A stretch of 57,136 bases of DNA, the filler included, from Stramenopiles sp. TOSAG23-6 (lineage: Eukaryota): NCBI GenBank assembly GCA_900128565.1. It is 2 parts of 2 records of this genome, joined end to end, with 100 filler letters (N's around TTAATTAATTAA, not from the genome) between each part and the next. Parts side by side here need not be neighbours in the genome. Positions count along the whole stretch, not along the records: positions 28,783 to 57,136 come from LT635977.1; 1 more part is not named here. One strand, written 5' to 3'. A program made the position numbers and the translations under genes. Every line of letters begins with the position of its first letter. The stretch's first letter is position 1. This document shows, in pieces, positions 55,879 to 57,136 of this stretch. The notes under the pieces were generated by a model. The model did no database searches. It saw only the letters and a list, made by a program, of their open reading frames with translations, and was not told the DNA's origin.

Positions 55879-56951
55879 ATGGTAGAGCATTGGACTGGAT
55901 ATCATGATTTATATATAGACATTAAGCGCAGATTGTATGAAGGTCGCTTCACTGATGGTGAGAATGCTGATATTTCTCATCCTAAACCTAACGTAGCAAC
56001 TTTATTGTCTACAAAGTTATTAGATGAGCCAGAGTTAGAAAGGCAGTGTTTAGATGTTTCGACTTTAAAAAACTACTTACAATCCTTTAGTGACGGAGAT
56101 GCATCGAAATCTCAGTTGTGTGGCAAGGTGTTTCAACATGGAGATATTGTATATTTTTGCAAAACATGTGCCGCTGATCCAACTTGTGTTTTATGCGCAA
56201 AATGTTTTTTAGCTGGAGATCACGTAGATCACGAATTCCATTATTACCGTAGTCAAGGACAAGGAGGTTGTTGTGATTGTGGTGATCCTGAGGCAATTAA
56301 CCCTAAAGGATTTTGTTGTCTTCATGGTGGTGTAGATATTATAACAAATACTAATAAAGAAAGCGATGAAAACACTAATTTGAGTGAAAATTGGTCATAC
56401 ACTGATGAGGATTTGACAGAGACGTTCCAGAGTCTTCCACCAACTCTACAACAATCAGCCCCTGCAGTTATTGCTGGTGCTGTAGACTTTCTCCGAGAAA
56501 CGGCAGAACACTGTGTTAGCTGTTATGATGACCAAGCTTTACTTCAATCTGTTGCTCGTCAAGAATTTAACGAAAAGCAGAATGAAATTGAATGGGACAA
56601 GAATTTCACTGAACACAATGTAGAATATTTTTTCCCCGATTTATTACAGTGTTCAGTAAAGAAACTCAAGGTAATCATTAAAGAAAATGGTGGAGATGTT
56701 TCTGATTGTATTACAAAAAATGATCTAAGAGCGCGTGTCGCAGAATCTTTTTTTTCATCGTCAAAATCAGATTTGAAATGTAAATGTAGCCCTAACCCTA
56801 GTTCCCTATTGGAAAAGTGGGTTATTTTCATGCATAATGATGATGTTCATACTTTTGATGAAGTACATACAGCTCTAAGTAAAGTTGGTGTTGATGATGA
56901 AATGTGTAAATCTATCGCTCTTGATATTGATAAAAAAGGTAGTGGACAAAT
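55879..56951 (+). CDS. UBR1: Mirror copy of the UBR1-like first exon
   Basis: Exact reverse complement of 28968..30040. Followed by a truncated family intron with a duplicated CATACGAAATTTCATACCTAA motif. Confidence 0.83.
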
Positions 56952-57136
56952 GTTAGTTTTCAATTCATTTCAATTCAATTCCGAGATTTTTTTTTTTTTT
57001 TTTTTTTTCATACGAAATTTCATACCTAAAAAAAATTATTTTTTTTTTTTTTTTTTTTTTCATACGAAATTTCATACCTAACAAAAATTATTTTTTTTTT
57101 TTTTTTCGTCTTTACCCTAACCCTAACCTAAAACAT

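Larger units (their letters stand above)
28783..57136. repeat. Perfect whole-contig inverted duplication (28,354 bp), centre 42959/42960
   Basis: Every ORF is mirrored with coordinates summing to 85919. Ns are mirrored (32396/32399 vs 53523/53520). Centre is A21-T|A-T21 with no spacer. Confidence 0.97.

Noticed and set aside
57114-57136. CCCTAA repeats at the contig end as a true telomere
   Set aside because: Only ~2.5 units, C-rich strand at the 3' end (wrong polarity), and inside the UBR1 intron.

Overview
AT-rich, gene-dense eukaryotic (protist-like) nuclear DNA in the standard code. It consists of two contigs joined by an artificial 100-nt spacer (N44-TTAATTAATTAA-N44, 28683-28782). Contig 1 (1-28682) carries a giant cNMP/LRR/EF-hand-like gene, two convergent tandem-MIT paralogues, a SET methyltransferase, an EF-hand/IQ/TerD/C2 gene, USP39/Sad1, an RJL GTPase, a J-domain membrane protein, a 502-bp MITE, a TPR gene and a 5'-truncated LRR/WW gene. 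Contig 2 (28783-57136) is one perfect 28,354-bp palindrome, most likely an assembly fold-back. Its arm carries UBR1-like (partial), GAA1, a secreted LRR gene, an ankyrin gene, eIF2-alpha, two 2OG-Fe(II) oxygenases and two hypothetical genes. The main discovery is the intron system. Nearly all introns are 92-164 nt and share one sequence family (GTAYGT...TTTCGTACGAAATTTTGTACCTAAC...TTTGAAATATTTTTCCAAAATACA[G/T]). Of 21 complete unique introns, 14 appear to end in non-AG dinucleotides (13 AT, 1 TT), and in 16 of 21 the terminal dinucleotide copies the last two bases of the upstream exon. This looks like an introner-type element with a 2-bp target duplication serving as an AG-independent 3' splice site. 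The model is inferred from reading frames and protein motifs only and needs RNA evidence.
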